Origin: Candidatus Eiseniibacteriota bacterium
GTDB taxonomy: Bacteria > Eisenbacteria > RBG-16-71-46 > JABDJR01
Length of the DNA stretch: 64,000 nucleotides
Reading direction: 5' to 3'
Assembly (NCBI GenBank): GCA_963783375.1
Contig: CAWANH010000028.1
Span: forward strand, 1,792,001 to 1,856,000
Shown: in pieces, positions 9,493 to 19,002 of the stretch
Layout of the letters: each line of letters starts with the position of its first letter
How positions within the stretch are numbered: the stretch's first letter is position 1
Translations under genes and position numbers: made by a program
Notes under the pieces: generated by a model
What the model was told of the DNA's origin: nothing
The model's database searches: none
Seen by the model: only the letters and a program-made list of their open reading frames with translations

Positions 9493-10671
9493 GTGCCGCG
9501 ACGCCGGAGGGCCCTCCACGTGGCCTACAGCCACTACGCGAGCGATCCGCGGACCCGCCGTCAGGCCGAGGCGCTGCGCGACGCGGGTTGGGAGGTGACG
9601 GTGGTGGGCCTGGCCCACGCGGGGGAGGCGGGGCGCGGGGAGCTCGACGGCGTGCGCCTCATCCGCACCGCGATTCCCCGCTACCGCGGCGCCTCGGTGG
9701 GGGGGTACCTCCGGACCTACGCCGGCTTTCTGGCCCGGGCCGCCGGCGAGGCCTCGTTCCACCCCCGCCGCTACGACCTCGTGCACGTGCACAGCCTGCC
9801 TGACTTCGCGGTCCACGTGGCCCTTCCCTCCCGGCTGAGCGGAGCGGGGGTGATCCTCGACGTCCACGACCCGGTTCCCGAGCTCTTCCGGGAACGGTTC
9901 GGCGACCGGCGCCGGGCGCTCCATCGACTCACCCTTCTCTCGGAGCGGCTTGCCTTCGCCTCGGCCGGCCACGTGCTCACCGTGAACGAGCCGTGCCGCC
10001 GGATCCACGTGGGACGGGGGCTCGCCCCCAGGAAGATCTCCATCAACCTGAACCTCCCCGACGAGGCGGTTTTCTGGCGGGAGGAGCCGCTTCCTCCCCC
10101 CGAGCACCCCGTCCTGGCCTATCACGGGACCCTGGTGCCCCGCTACGGCCCGGACCTGGTCCTGGAGGCGGCAGCGCGACTGCTCCCGCGGTTTCCCGAC
10201 CTCACGGTGACCATCCTGGGAGACGGGGACCAGCGCGACGCCCTGGCCCGGCGGGCGGCGCGGCCCGATCTGGACGGACGGGTGCGTCTGAGCCCGGAGC
10301 GGGTGCCCATCCACCGGATCCCCGAGGCTCTGGGCCGGGTGAGCGCGGGGGTGGTGGCCAACCGGCCGGAGGGGTTCTCGCGGCTGGTGCTCCCCACCAA
10401 GCTCCTGGAGTACCTCGCGCTGGGAATTCCCGCGGTGGCCACCCGAACCGAAACCCTCGATGAGTACTTCGAGCCGGGGGAGCTGACCCTGGTGGACCGC
10501 CCCGACCCCGACGAACTGGCCCGGGCCCTGGTGCCGATCCTCGAGGACGCCGCCGAAGGCGGCCGGCGGGTCGTGCGCGGGCGGGGGTTCTTCCGGCGCC
10601 ACTCCTGGGCCCGGGAGCGCGCGGCCTACGTGGCGCTGGCCGAGCGGCTTGCGCGCCCGGCGGTGCGATGA
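9493..10671 (+). CDS. Glycosyltransferase family 4
   Basis: DPRTRRQAEAL, YHGTL..RYG, LPTKLLEYLALGIPAV; GTG start 2 nt after the upstream stop. Confidence 0.88.
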   Translation: MPRRRRALHVAYSHYASDPRTRRQAEALRDAGWEVTVVGLAHAGEAGRGELDGVRLIRTAIPRYRGASVGGYLRTYAGFLARAAGEASFHPRRYDLVHVHSLPDFAVHVALPSRLSGAGVILDVHDPVPELFRERFGDRRRALHRLTLLSERLAFASAGHVLTVNEPCRRIHVGRGLAPRKISINLNLPDEAVFWREEPLPPPEHPVLAYHGTLVPRYGPDLVLEAAARLLPRFPDLTVTILGDGDQRDALARRAARPDLDGRVRLSPERVPIHRIPEALGRVSAGVVANRPEGFSRLVLPTKLLEYLALGIPAVATRTETLDEYFEPGELTLVDRPDPDELARALVPILEDAAEGGRRVVRGRGFFRRHSWARERAAYVALAERLARPAVR

Positions 10672-10764
10672 TTGCCCTTGACCCCTACGCGACACATGGT
10701 TAGCTTGTGGGGCCGTCCGGAGCGGCCCCGAAAGGGTGTATCCCAGGAAACGAAGATCTACCCT

Positions 10765-12825
10765 ATGAAATCCAGAAACCCCTTGTGGGCGCTCGGCTTG
10801 ACCTTGGTGCTCCTCGCCCTGGCCCTTCCCGTCGCCGCCCAGGTTTTCACCAACCCCAGCTCCCAGGGCGGGGCCTCGGACCAGAAGTCGCTGACCCTGG
10901 CCGAGATCCGGCTCATTCTCCTCTCCCGGGACGTCTCGCCGGAGGTCATCGACAAGGTCCTCGGCGACTTCCCCGAGGACCGGACCTTCACCCAGGACGA
11001 GGCCCAGATCCTCATCGACAACACCACCGCCCTGGCCGGGCAGCGCGAGACCACGGCCCGGATGTCGACGGGACAGGCGGCGGGAACGCCCAAGGTTCAG
11101 GGTCCCGAGGCCGGCACCGCCGAGCCGATCCTTCCCCCCGGGACCGTTCCTCTTTTCGGCCAGTCCATCTTCCGCGGAGCGCCCGAGGAGTTCCAGCCCG
11201 CCCAGGACATCGCGGTGGGCCCGGACTACATCCTGGGAGCGGGGGACGAGCTCTCGATCGTGATCTGGGGAAGCGTCCAGAAGAACTGGAATCCGGTGAT
11301 CGCCCGGGACGGCACCGTCGCCCTCCCGGAGGTCGGCCTCATTCCCGTCGCCGGGACGAGCCTCGGCGAGTTCCGGGAGACCTTGAAGGCCCGCCTCTCC
11401 GGCGTGTATTCCGGATTCAACCTGAGCGTGACCTTGAGCACGCTCCGGAGCATCCAGGTTTCGGTCCTGGGCGACGTACGCCGCCCCGGCACCTACACCC
11501 TGAGTCCCCTCTCATCCTCCTTCAACGCGCTCTACTACGCGGGGGGACCGCTGGAAACCGGCACCCTCCGCCGGGTGAAGGTGTTCAAGGGGGACAGCCT
11601 CCTCGCCACCGTGGATCTCTACGGCCTTCTGCTCCGGGGGGAGAGCAAGGGGGACGTTCGCCTGGGGACCGACTACCGGGTATTCGTGCCGCCGGTCTTC
11701 GGCGTCGTCACCGTCCGGGGGGACGTCCGCCGGCCGGCGCGGTACGAGGTGAAGCCGACGGACACGGTCGCCGACCTCATACACTACGCGGGAGGGCTCA
11801 CCGCGACCTCCTACGCGCCGCGGGCCGTGCTGGACCGGGTGAACGGGCCGGGAGGGCGAGTCACCATCGACGTGGATCTGGCCACCGAGGCCGACACCGT
11901 CCTGGTGCGGGACGGCGACGCCCTCACCGTGTATCCGGTCTACCACGTGGAGCCCCGCCGCTACGTCTACGTGAGCGGGCAGGTCCAGAGCCCCGGCCGC
12001 TACGAGCTCTATCCCGGGATGACGGTGAGCGACCTCATCTACCGGGCGGGAAACACCCTGGAGGGTGTCTTCCTGGCTCGGGCCGAGCTCTCGCGCCTGT
12101 CCTCCGCCTCCGGGGATTCGGTGGCCTTTTCGGTGTTCTTCAACCTCGAGATTGCCCTGAAGCGGCCCCATTCGGAAGCCGACCTGACGCTCCTTCCCCA
12201 TGACCACCTCTACATCCGCCGTCGGCCGGGTTGGGCGCCGCAAGCCACGGTGGATCTCACCGGGGAGGTCCAGTTTCCCGGCACCTACACCCTGACCCGT
12301 CAAGGCGAGAAGCTGAACGAGATCCTGAAGCGGGGCGGAGGGTTCACCCTTCACGCATTCCCCTCGGCCGCCGGTCTCTTCCGCAGGGGGCAGGGACGGG
12401 TCATCGTGGATTTCGAGAAGGCCCTGAACCGTCCCGGGAGCCTGGAGAACGTGGCTCTGGTCGAAGGCGACTCGATCTTCGTCCCCCGCTACAACCAGAC
12501 CATCCAGGTGGTGGGGGCGGTGAGCCGGCCCGGCGCCCTGGTCTACCAGCCGGGCAAGACCGCCGACTACTATCTGAGGCGGACCGGGGGGCTGGCCGAG
12601 AACGCCGACAAGGGGAGGATCCAGATCGTGCGGGTGGACGGGGTGGCGCAGAACGCCCGCCGCTCCCTCTGGTTCGATCCCGAGGTCCCGCCGGGCGCGG
12701 TGATCGAGGTGGACACCAAACCGACGGGGGAGGAAGTGGACTGGATGGGGGCCATCCGGGACGCCACCACCATCATGAGCGGGCTCGCCACCACCATCTT
12801 CATCATCACCCAGATCAAGAAATGA
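10765..12825 (+). CDS. SLBB-domain polysaccharide export protein (Wza/KpsD-like)
   Basis: Signal peptide; DYILGAGDEL.I.IWG Poly_export motif; repeated V.V.G.V.RPG.Y...AGG SLBB units. Confidence 0.9.
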   Translation: MKSRNPLWALGLTLVLLALALPVAAQVFTNPSSQGGASDQKSLTLAEIRLILLSRDVSPEVIDKVLGDFPEDRTFTQDEAQILIDNTTALAGQRETTARMSTGQAAGTPKVQGPEAGTAEPILPPGTVPLFGQSIFRGAPEEFQPAQDIAVGPDYILGAGDELSIVIWGSVQKNWNPVIARDGTVALPEVGLIPVAGTSLGEFRETLKARLSGVYSGFNLSVTLSTLRSIQVSVLGDVRRPGTYTLSPLSSSFNALYYAGGPLETGTLRRVKVFKGDSLLATVDLYGLLLRGESKGDVRLGTDYRVFVPPVFGVVTVRGDVRRPARYEVKPTDTVADLIHYAGGLTATSYAPRAVLDRVNGPGGRVTIDVDLATEADTVLVRDGDALTVYPVYHVEPRRYVYVSGQVQSPGRYELYPGMTVSDLIYRAGNTLEGVFLARAELSRLSSASGDSVAFSVFFNLEIALKRPHSEADLTLLPHDHLYIRRRPGWAPQATVDLTGEVQFPGTYTLTRQGEKLNEILKRGGGFTLHAFPSAAGLFRRGQGRVIVDFEKALNRPGSLENVALVEGDSIFVPRYNQTIQVVGAVSRPGALVYQPGKTADYYLRRTGGLAENADKGRIQIVRVDGVAQNARRSLWFDPEVPPGAVIEVDTKPTGEEVDWMGAIRDATTIMSGLATTIFIITQIKK

Positions 12826-14030
12826 CCGTGGACCGGCCCCCCTCCGGGATCACCCTCTCCGACTACGTCGTCATGGTCAGGCGGTGGTGGCGGACCGCCG
12901 CGGCGGTGGTGGGCGTCACCCTCCTGGTGACCCTCGTCCTCACGGTTGTCGCCGACCCGATCTACACCGCGCGCGCCACCCTGCTCCCCGAGTCGTCCGG
13001 TCCGGACGCCTCCGGTCTCACCAGCCTTCTCATGAACAACGTGGGAGTGCTTCCGGGCTTCGCCAACGGTCCCGCCACCGCGGGGGACGTGGCCATGTCC
13101 CTCCTCCAGAGCAAGTCCCTCGCCGGCGAGGTGGTGGACACCCTGAAGCTCGTCCAGGCCTGGGATCTCCACGAGGGGAACGACGTCGTTTCGCGGGAAG
13201 TCGCCATCGACAAGCTGCAGAAGGCCATTCGCATCACCCAGGACGAGCATACCCTGGTGAAGTTGTGGGTGGAGGACACCGATCCCGTCCGCGCGGCGGC
13301 CATCGCCAACGCCTACCTCGATGCCCTCGATCAGTCCAACCAGCAGTTCACCACCGGCTCCGCCGCCCGCACCCGTCGCTTCGTGGAGGAGCGCCTGAAA
13401 TCGACGGAGGCCGAGCTGGCCCAGGCCCAGGCCGATCTGGAGGCGTTCCAACGCAAGCACGGGGCTCTGGCCATGGACGAGCAGACCAAGACCTCGGTCC
13501 AGGTGGTGGCCAAGCTGCAGGGGGAGATCGAGGCCCTGAAGGCCAAGCGGGACGCCCTGCGGTTCTCGATGAGCAATCGTTCCTCCGAAGTGGGAACCCT
13601 CACCGCCCAGATCAACGCGCTCCAGGCCCGGGTCAAGAGCCTGGTCGCTCCGGAGGAGGGAGCGGAACAGAGCCACGGCGTGCTCCTCTCCCTTCAGGAC
13701 GTTCCCGCCCTCGCCGCGGAGTACGCGCGCCTGTACCTCGCCGTGGAGACCCAGTCCACGGTCTACGGAATGCTGTCCCAGCAGCTCGAGCAGGCCAAGA
13801 TCGAGGAGGCCCGAAACACCCCCACGGTGCGGATCCTGGATCGGGCCTCCCCGCCGCTGTACAAGACCCGGCCGAAGCGAAAGCTAAACCTGGTCGTGGG
13901 TCTGGCGCTGGGGTGCGCGTTCGCCCTCATCATCGTTCTGGTGCTGGACCGGCTGGCGCCGCGCGACGGGAGCGAGGCTTCGCGGTGGAGGAAGCTGCTT
14001 CGGAGGCCGCCGTTCTTCCGGGCGGCCTGA
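12822..14030 (+). CDS. Wzz/GumC-like chain-length determinant (no tyrosine-kinase domain)
   Basis: Two terminal TM helices, coiled coil, VRILDRASPP..KTRPKR; ATGA overlap with the upstream gene. Confidence 0.85.
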   Translation: MTVDRPPSGITLSDYVVMVRRWWRTAAAVVGVTLLVTLVLTVVADPIYTARATLLPESSGPDASGLTSLLMNNVGVLPGFANGPATAGDVAMSLLQSKSLAGEVVDTLKLVQAWDLHEGNDVVSREVAIDKLQKAIRITQDEHTLVKLWVEDTDPVRAAAIANAYLDALDQSNQQFTTGSAARTRRFVEERLKSTEAELAQAQADLEAFQRKHGALAMDEQTKTSVQVVAKLQGEIEALKAKRDALRFSMSNRSSEVGTLTAQINALQARVKSLVAPEEGAEQSHGVLLSLQDVPALAAEYARLYLAVETQSTVYGMLSQQLEQAKIEEARNTPTVRILDRASPPLYKTRPKRKLNLVVGLALGCAFALIIVLVLDRLAPRDGSEASRWRKLLRRPPFFRAA

Positions 14031-14108
14031 GTGATCGTGCGCACGGGCAATGCCGGCGCTCCCCCGGATGGCCGGGCGGCAGCTCGGGGACGGCGCCCGG
14101 GGGGGCGG

Positions 14109-15116
14109 CTAGGCCCCGAGTGCGGCCAGCTCCTCCTCGGCCAGCCGGACCCAGGCCCGGGCGAACCGCTCGGCGGTGAACTCGCGGGCGAACGCACGGC
14201 CGCGTTCGACCAGGGCCCGGCGGCCCTCCAGGGCTTCGGCCACCGCCCGCGGAAGGTCTTCCGGCGCCTCCACCGTGATCTGGCCGGCTCCGGCCAGGAG
14301 CTCGGCCAGTCCGCCCCGGGGGCGCCCGACCACCGGGGTGCCGCAGAGAAGGGCCTCGTGAGCGGTCCGGTTCCAGCCCTCGAGGAAGCGGGAGAAGGCG
14401 ATCACCACGTCCGAGGCGGCCAGGAGCCGCCGGTAGTCCCGGGCGGAGAGCCGCAGGTTGGGAATCGGGAGTTCCACCTCGGGGACACCGCTGGTGACCA
14501 GCTGGAACGGGAAATCCCTGAGCGCTTGATGGGCCTCCACCACCCCCTTGGCCGCCTGGCAATTCCCCAGGTAGACCAGGGGGCGATCGTCGAAGCCCAT
14601 CTCGCTCCGGAAGGCGCGCCGCCCGGCGGCGTCCAGCCCGTAGGCTTCCACATCGAACCCGTTCGGGATCACGGTGGCCGGAAGCCGGGGGGCCAGGGGC
14701 GCCAGAGCCCGCGCCCAGTATTCGGCCACCACCACGAGTCGGTCGGCGCGGGGGAGCGCCCGGGCGAAGAGCCGCTCCAGCCGCCGGCTCACCGCCGGGC
14801 GGGGTATCTCCCGGGAATCCAGGTGGTGGATGAGAACGATCTGGCGGCCCCGGGGGCGACGAAGGCCCAGGGCGAGGGCGGGCAGGTAGGTCCGGACGGT
14901 AAGGTCCCAGCCGGGGTCCCGGAGTCCTCCCAGGACCGGTCGCAGACGACGGCCGGGGAGGCCGGTCAACCGGCGGGGGTAGACGCTCCGCACCTCGAGG
15001 GGGAAGGCTTTGCCGAGGGCGGCCTGAACGTCGTTCTCGTACGCGGAGCCGCCGGTGAGGCCGCTCCGTGCGTGCAACAGGCCGACGCATGGGGACGATG
15101 AGGGGTCGTGAGCCAA
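14109..15116 (-). CDS. Glycosyltransferase family 4
   Basis: VIPNGFD, KGV, SRFLEGWNRTAHEALLCGTPVV; start uncertain (TTG 15116). Confidence 0.75.
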   Translation of the reverse strand: MAHDPSSSPCVGLLHARSGLTGGSAYENDVQAALGKAFPLEVRSVYPRRLTGLPGRRLRPVLGGLRDPGWDLTVRTYLPALALGLRRPRGRQIVLIHHLDSREIPRPAVSRRLERLFARALPRADRLVVVAEYWARALAPLAPRLPATVIPNGFDVEAYGLDAAGRRAFRSEMGFDDRPLVYLGNCQAAKGVVEAHQALRDFPFQLVTSGVPEVELPIPNLRLSARDYRRLLAASDVVIAFSRFLEGWNRTAHEALLCGTPVVGRPRGGLAELLAGAGQITVEAPEDLPRAVAEALEGRRALVERGRAFAREFTAERFARAWVRLAEEELAALGA

Positions 15117-15140
15117 GGAAGTTCCGAGGGAAGAGGACCC

Positions 15141-16586
15141 GTGAACACCAGCACGCGGCAGTCTAGCAGCGCCCCCCAGGGGGGTCAACGCGCCGAGCTC
15201 CGCCGCCGGATGATGGCGGGGACGGCGGGTTACGTGGCGCTCCGAGCGACCACCGGGGCCCTGGGGGTCCTGGCCAGCCTCTTTCTCTACCGCCTCCTCG
15301 GGCCGGACCAGGCCGGTCGGCTCCAGCTCGTGCTGGCCATGGGGATGACCCTGGGCGCGGTGGCCGGGCTCGGCTTCTACGATACCCTGGCCCGCTTCGT
15401 CCCCGAACGAAGCCCGGAGGAGGGCCTGGGCCTCTTCCGTCGCGCGCTGAGCCTGAACGGCCTGGCCATCCTCGCGGGGGTGGCGGTCTTCGTTTTCCTC
15501 TGGTCCCTCGGGTGGGGGATTCCCCCCGAGGTGCGCCGGGTGGGAGGGCTCTTCCTGGTCTTTGCCGCCGCCTACGCCCTCTACACCACGTCCCTGGGGA
15601 TGCTCCGGGGCCGGGGAATGCTCACCACCATTCCCCGTCTGGATCTCGGGGTCAACTTCGGATCCAAAGCGGCGGCGGTCGGCGTCGTGCTTCTGATCCC
15701 GGGCTACGTCTCCGCCTTCACCGCCCACGTCGTGGTGCAGGTGGGCATGCTGGTCCTGGCGTTCTGGCTCGTGCGGGACGTGGTCCGGCACCCCGCCATC
15801 CGTCTGGGGCGGGTGGAGAGCCGGTTCGGTTTTCTCATCCTGGTGGGGACCGTGCTCCAGCTTCTCCTCAGCACGGTGGACATCTACGTCCTGAGGATTC
15901 TTCTCGGCCCCCACGAGGTGGGACTCTTCGCCGCGGGTTCGCGGGTGCCCCTCCTGGCCGAGCGCATCGTGCTCTCTCCCATGGGCGTCCCGCTCCTCTA
16001 CTACTTCAGCCATCCCGAGTACGGCGGAATGAGGGAGGCGGTGGTGCGGCAGGGAACCCGGCTCTCCGGGGCGCTTCTCGGCTACGCGGCGCTTCTCCTG
16101 GCTGCGGCCGCCCCCCTCATCATCCGGATCCTCCTCGGTCCCGCCTACCTGGAGAGCATCGGCATCGCCCGGGTCTACGCGGCCCACGCCCTCGGAATGG
16201 GGCTTCTCATCTTCTCGGTGCCCCTCTACGGGAGCCTCAACCGGCCGGAGTACGGGATCATCCAGGGGCTCGTCACCTTCATCCTCAACCTCGGTCTGGA
16301 CCTGCTCCTCATCCCCCGATACGGTCCGATCGGCGCCGCCTATGCCGGGGTGATCGCGGTCGGGACGACCGCCCTGGGAGCGACGTGGTTCTTCCATGCC
16401 CGGCTGGGCATCGATGTGCGCTGGCCGGTGGCCGGAATCGTGCTCCTCTACGCGGGTTGCTTCCTGCTCCTCACCACCCCGTTCTTCTGGGCGGGGTTGG
16501 TGGTCTACCCCGCCGCCCTCTGGCCGCTTCGGCTGCTCCGGCGCGGGGACTTCCGTCTCCTGCTCAGGCGGAGGGCGGAGGCATGA
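15141..16586 (+). CDS. wzx: Oligosaccharide flippase (Wzx)
   Basis: Many TM helices, RLLGP...G, VDIYVL..LLGP.EVGLF, LIPRYGPIGAA. Confidence 0.85.
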   Translation: MNTSTRQSSSAPQGGQRAELRRRMMAGTAGYVALRATTGALGVLASLFLYRLLGPDQAGRLQLVLAMGMTLGAVAGLGFYDTLARFVPERSPEEGLGLFRRALSLNGLAILAGVAVFVFLWSLGWGIPPEVRRVGGLFLVFAAAYALYTTSLGMLRGRGMLTTIPRLDLGVNFGSKAAAVGVVLLIPGYVSAFTAHVVVQVGMLVLAFWLVRDVVRHPAIRLGRVESRFGFLILVGTVLQLLLSTVDIYVLRILLGPHEVGLFAAGSRVPLLAERIVLSPMGVPLLYYFSHPEYGGMREAVVRQGTRLSGALLGYAALLLAAAAPLIIRILLGPAYLESIGIARVYAAHALGMGLLIFSVPLYGSLNRPEYGIIQGLVTFILNLGLDLLLIPRYGPIGAAYAGVIAVGTTALGATWFFHARLGIDVRWPVAGIVLLYAGCFLLLTTPFFWAGLVVYPAALWPLRLLRRGDFRLLLRRRAEA

Positions 16587-17521
16587 GCGGGGTGGAGATG
16601 GTGGTGGTGTCCTACAACACCCGCGAGCTTCTGGCCGCGTGCCTGGACGGAATCGCCCGGGCGACCCCGGAACCTCCGGTCACGGTGGTGGACAGCGCTT
16701 CCACCGACGGGAGCGCGGAGATGGTGCGGGAGCGTTTCACCGGGGTGAATCTCCTGGCGCTGGAAGAGAACCGAGGGTTCGCCGCCGCGGTGAACCGGGG
16801 GGTCGCACAGGGAACGGCGCCCCGGATCCTGCTCCTGAACGCGGACACCGAGTTCGTCGGGGACCCGTTGACCCCGTTGCTTTCCGCGATGGACGCGCAT
16901 CCCGGCTGGGCGGCCGCCGCCCCCCGGCTGGTTTACCCCGACGGAAGGGAGCAGGAGAGCCGGGAGCCCTTTCCCGAGGTCGGCTCGGTCCTCACCGGCT
17001 TCTTCCGCCGGGATCGGCGTCGCTCCACCCGCGGATCACCCCGGGGGGTGGAGATCACGTCCGACGCGGGAAGACGCCCGGCGTGGTATCCGATGGGGGC
17101 GGCGCTGCTCCTCGGTCGAGAGGCCCTGGAGGCGGTGGGCCCCCTCGACGAGTCGTACTTCTTCTACCTGGAAGAGGTGGACTGGTTTCGTCGCGCGGCG
17201 AGGGCCGGCTGGGGGTGGGGTCTCGTCCCCGAGGCCCGGGTGGTTCATCATCTGGGGGCGAGCCTCCGCCGGGCCGATCCCCTCCTGGAGGCCCGGATCA
17301 AGCGCAACTGGTACCGCTCCCGGCTCCGCTACTTTCGCCGGCACGAGGGAGGCCTTCGGTATGCGCTCCTGCGCGGAGGGTCTATCCCGTTCCTGGCCGC
17401 CAATGCCCTCCGCCATGGTCTCCGCGCCTGGCGGAGCCACGACCCCATCGAGCGCGAGCGGGCGCGGCTGGCCGCGGAGATCCTCGAGGATTACCTGCGC
17501 CGGAGGATCGAGCCGTGCTGA
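16583..17521 (+). CDS. Glycosyltransferase family 2
   Basis: VVSYN, VVDSASTDGS, NRGFAAAVNRG, LLNADT, FFYLEEVDW; ATGA overlap. Confidence 0.9.
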   Translation: MSGVEMVVVSYNTRELLAACLDGIARATPEPPVTVVDSASTDGSAEMVRERFTGVNLLALEENRGFAAAVNRGVAQGTAPRILLLNADTEFVGDPLTPLLSAMDAHPGWAAAAPRLVYPDGREQESREPFPEVGSVLTGFFRRDRRRSTRGSPRGVEITSDAGRRPAWYPMGAALLLGREALEAVGPLDESYFFYLEEVDWFRRAARAGWGWGLVPEARVVHHLGASLRRADPLLEARIKRNWYRSRLRYFRRHEGGLRYALLRGGSIPFLAANALRHGLRAWRSHDPIERERARLAAEILEDYLRRRIEPC

Positions 17522-19002
17522 GCGGACGCGTCACCGCCGAACGCTGGTCGGGACCGGTGACCTGGTCCGTCCTGACCGCGGGGACCCTGGCGCTGCTCGG
17601 GGTCTTGGGCGCCATGGTGGTCCGCCACGGTCCGGTGGTGCTCCTGGTGCCCTTGCTCGTTCCGCTCACCGTCATCGCGCTCACCCGGCCGGTGTTCGCG
17701 GTCTACGTCCTCGCCTTCACCTCACCCCTCACCTCGGGCATGGCCCGGGGCCTGGTGGTTCCGTTCTTCCGTCCGAACGAACTGGTGCTCTTTCCCCTGG
17801 TCTACGTGGCCGCGGTCACCTTCCTGGCCCGGAAGCGTTCCTACCGGTTCACCTGGGGGGACGGGGTCCTTCTCTTCTTCCTCTTCTTCCGGGTGGCGCT
17901 CCCCACCGCGATCTTCCTCTTCCGGGGCGAACCGTGGAGCTTCTTCGCGGCCAAGACCCTCTTCGGTCCCCTGCAGTACTACGTGATCTACCGCATGGCG
18001 GTGGAGTGTGTGGAGGACCCCCGGCAGGTCCGCCAGGCCGTCTTCCTGATGCTCCTGGCTTCGGGAATCGTCTCGTTCGTGGGGATTCTCCAAGCCCTCC
18101 AGGTGCCGGGCATCAACGTCTTCCTGGAGACGTGGTATCCCTCGAACAAGAAGATCTTCACCTTCATCTTCGCCCGGCGGGTGACCAGCCTGTGGGCGGG
18201 GGACTGGAATGGGGTGGCGGTGTACCTGTCGATGTGCACCGTGCTCGCGCTCGGTACCTTTCATCTCTTCGAGCGACGCTGGCGACGCATGCTGGTCGTC
18301 TTTCTGGGCACCCTCGATCTGGTGGTGGTCTTCCTGACCGCATCCTTCACCGGGACCGTGGCCCTCTTCCTGGGCCTCTTCGTGCTCCTCTTCAAGAGCC
18401 CTCCGGCCAAACGGTTGGTGAAGCCCCTCCTCGTCCTGTCGCCGCTGGTGGGCATCGTTCTGGGCACGGTGTTCTGGAAGATCCTGAGCGAGCGGTTCCA
18501 GATCCAGTTCGGAAGCGCCGCTTCCTCCCTGATCCCCCTCTCCTTCCGGATCCGGATGACCATGTGGCGGGAGCTCATGTGGCCCTGGGTGGAACGGTTC
18601 TGGGTGTGGGGACTTGGTCCCTACCGCTGGGGATGGCCGGTGGAGGAGAGCTACTACATGTTCCTGATCCTGAAGGGCGGGTTCCTGGCCATCCTCTCCT
18701 ACTTCGCGCTCGTGGCGGTGATGCTGGTCCGTCTCCGCCGCTACTTCCCCTGGACGGGCCGGTGGCAGGGGGCGGTGGCCCTGGTCCTGTGGATCCAGCT
18801 CCTCCAGATCCTCATTTCCAACATCACCGGGAGCCATTTCGAAGCGAACGGGGTTGCGGAGATCATGTTCCTTCTGTTCGGATTCCTGATGGCGGGGGAG
18901 GTCCGCGGCCGGGGCCTGGCCTGGCTCCGCGAAACCGGCCGTCGTGGCCTCGGGCCGGGGTACGATCCGCTCGAGGCGACCGGGGAGCCCCATCGCCCAT
19001 GA
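17515..19002 (+). CDS. wzy: O-antigen polymerase/ligase-like membrane protein (Wzy)
   Basis: Polytopic membrane protein, R.TS..G.WN, SFRIRMTMW, WGLG, ESYY...GG; position within the locus. Confidence 0.7.
   Translation: MLSGRVTAERWSGPVTWSVLTAGTLALLGVLGAMVVRHGPVVLLVPLLVPLTVIALTRPVFAVYVLAFTSPLTSGMARGLVVPFFRPNELVLFPLVYVAAVTFLARKRSYRFTWGDGVLLFFLFFRVALPTAIFLFRGEPWSFFAAKTLFGPLQYYVIYRMAVECVEDPRQVRQAVFLMLLASGIVSFVGILQALQVPGINVFLETWYPSNKKIFTFIFARRVTSLWAGDWNGVAVYLSMCTVLALGTFHLFERRWRRMLVVFLGTLDLVVVFLTASFTGTVALFLGLFVLLFKSPPAKRLVKPLLVLSPLVGIVLGTVFWKILSERFQIQFGSAASSLIPLSFRIRMTMWRELMWPWVERFWVWGLGPYRWGWPVEESYYMFLILKGGFLAILSYFALVAVMLVRLRRYFPWTGRWQGAVALVLWIQLLQILISNITGSHFEANGVAEIMFLLFGFLMAGEVRGRGLAWLRETGRRGLGPGYDPLEATGEPHRP

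Noticed and set aside
17361-18998. Long N-terminal extension of Wzi, and similar upstream extensions of other ORFs
   Set aside because: True starts coincide with stop/start overlaps and signal peptides; the extensions overlap other real genes
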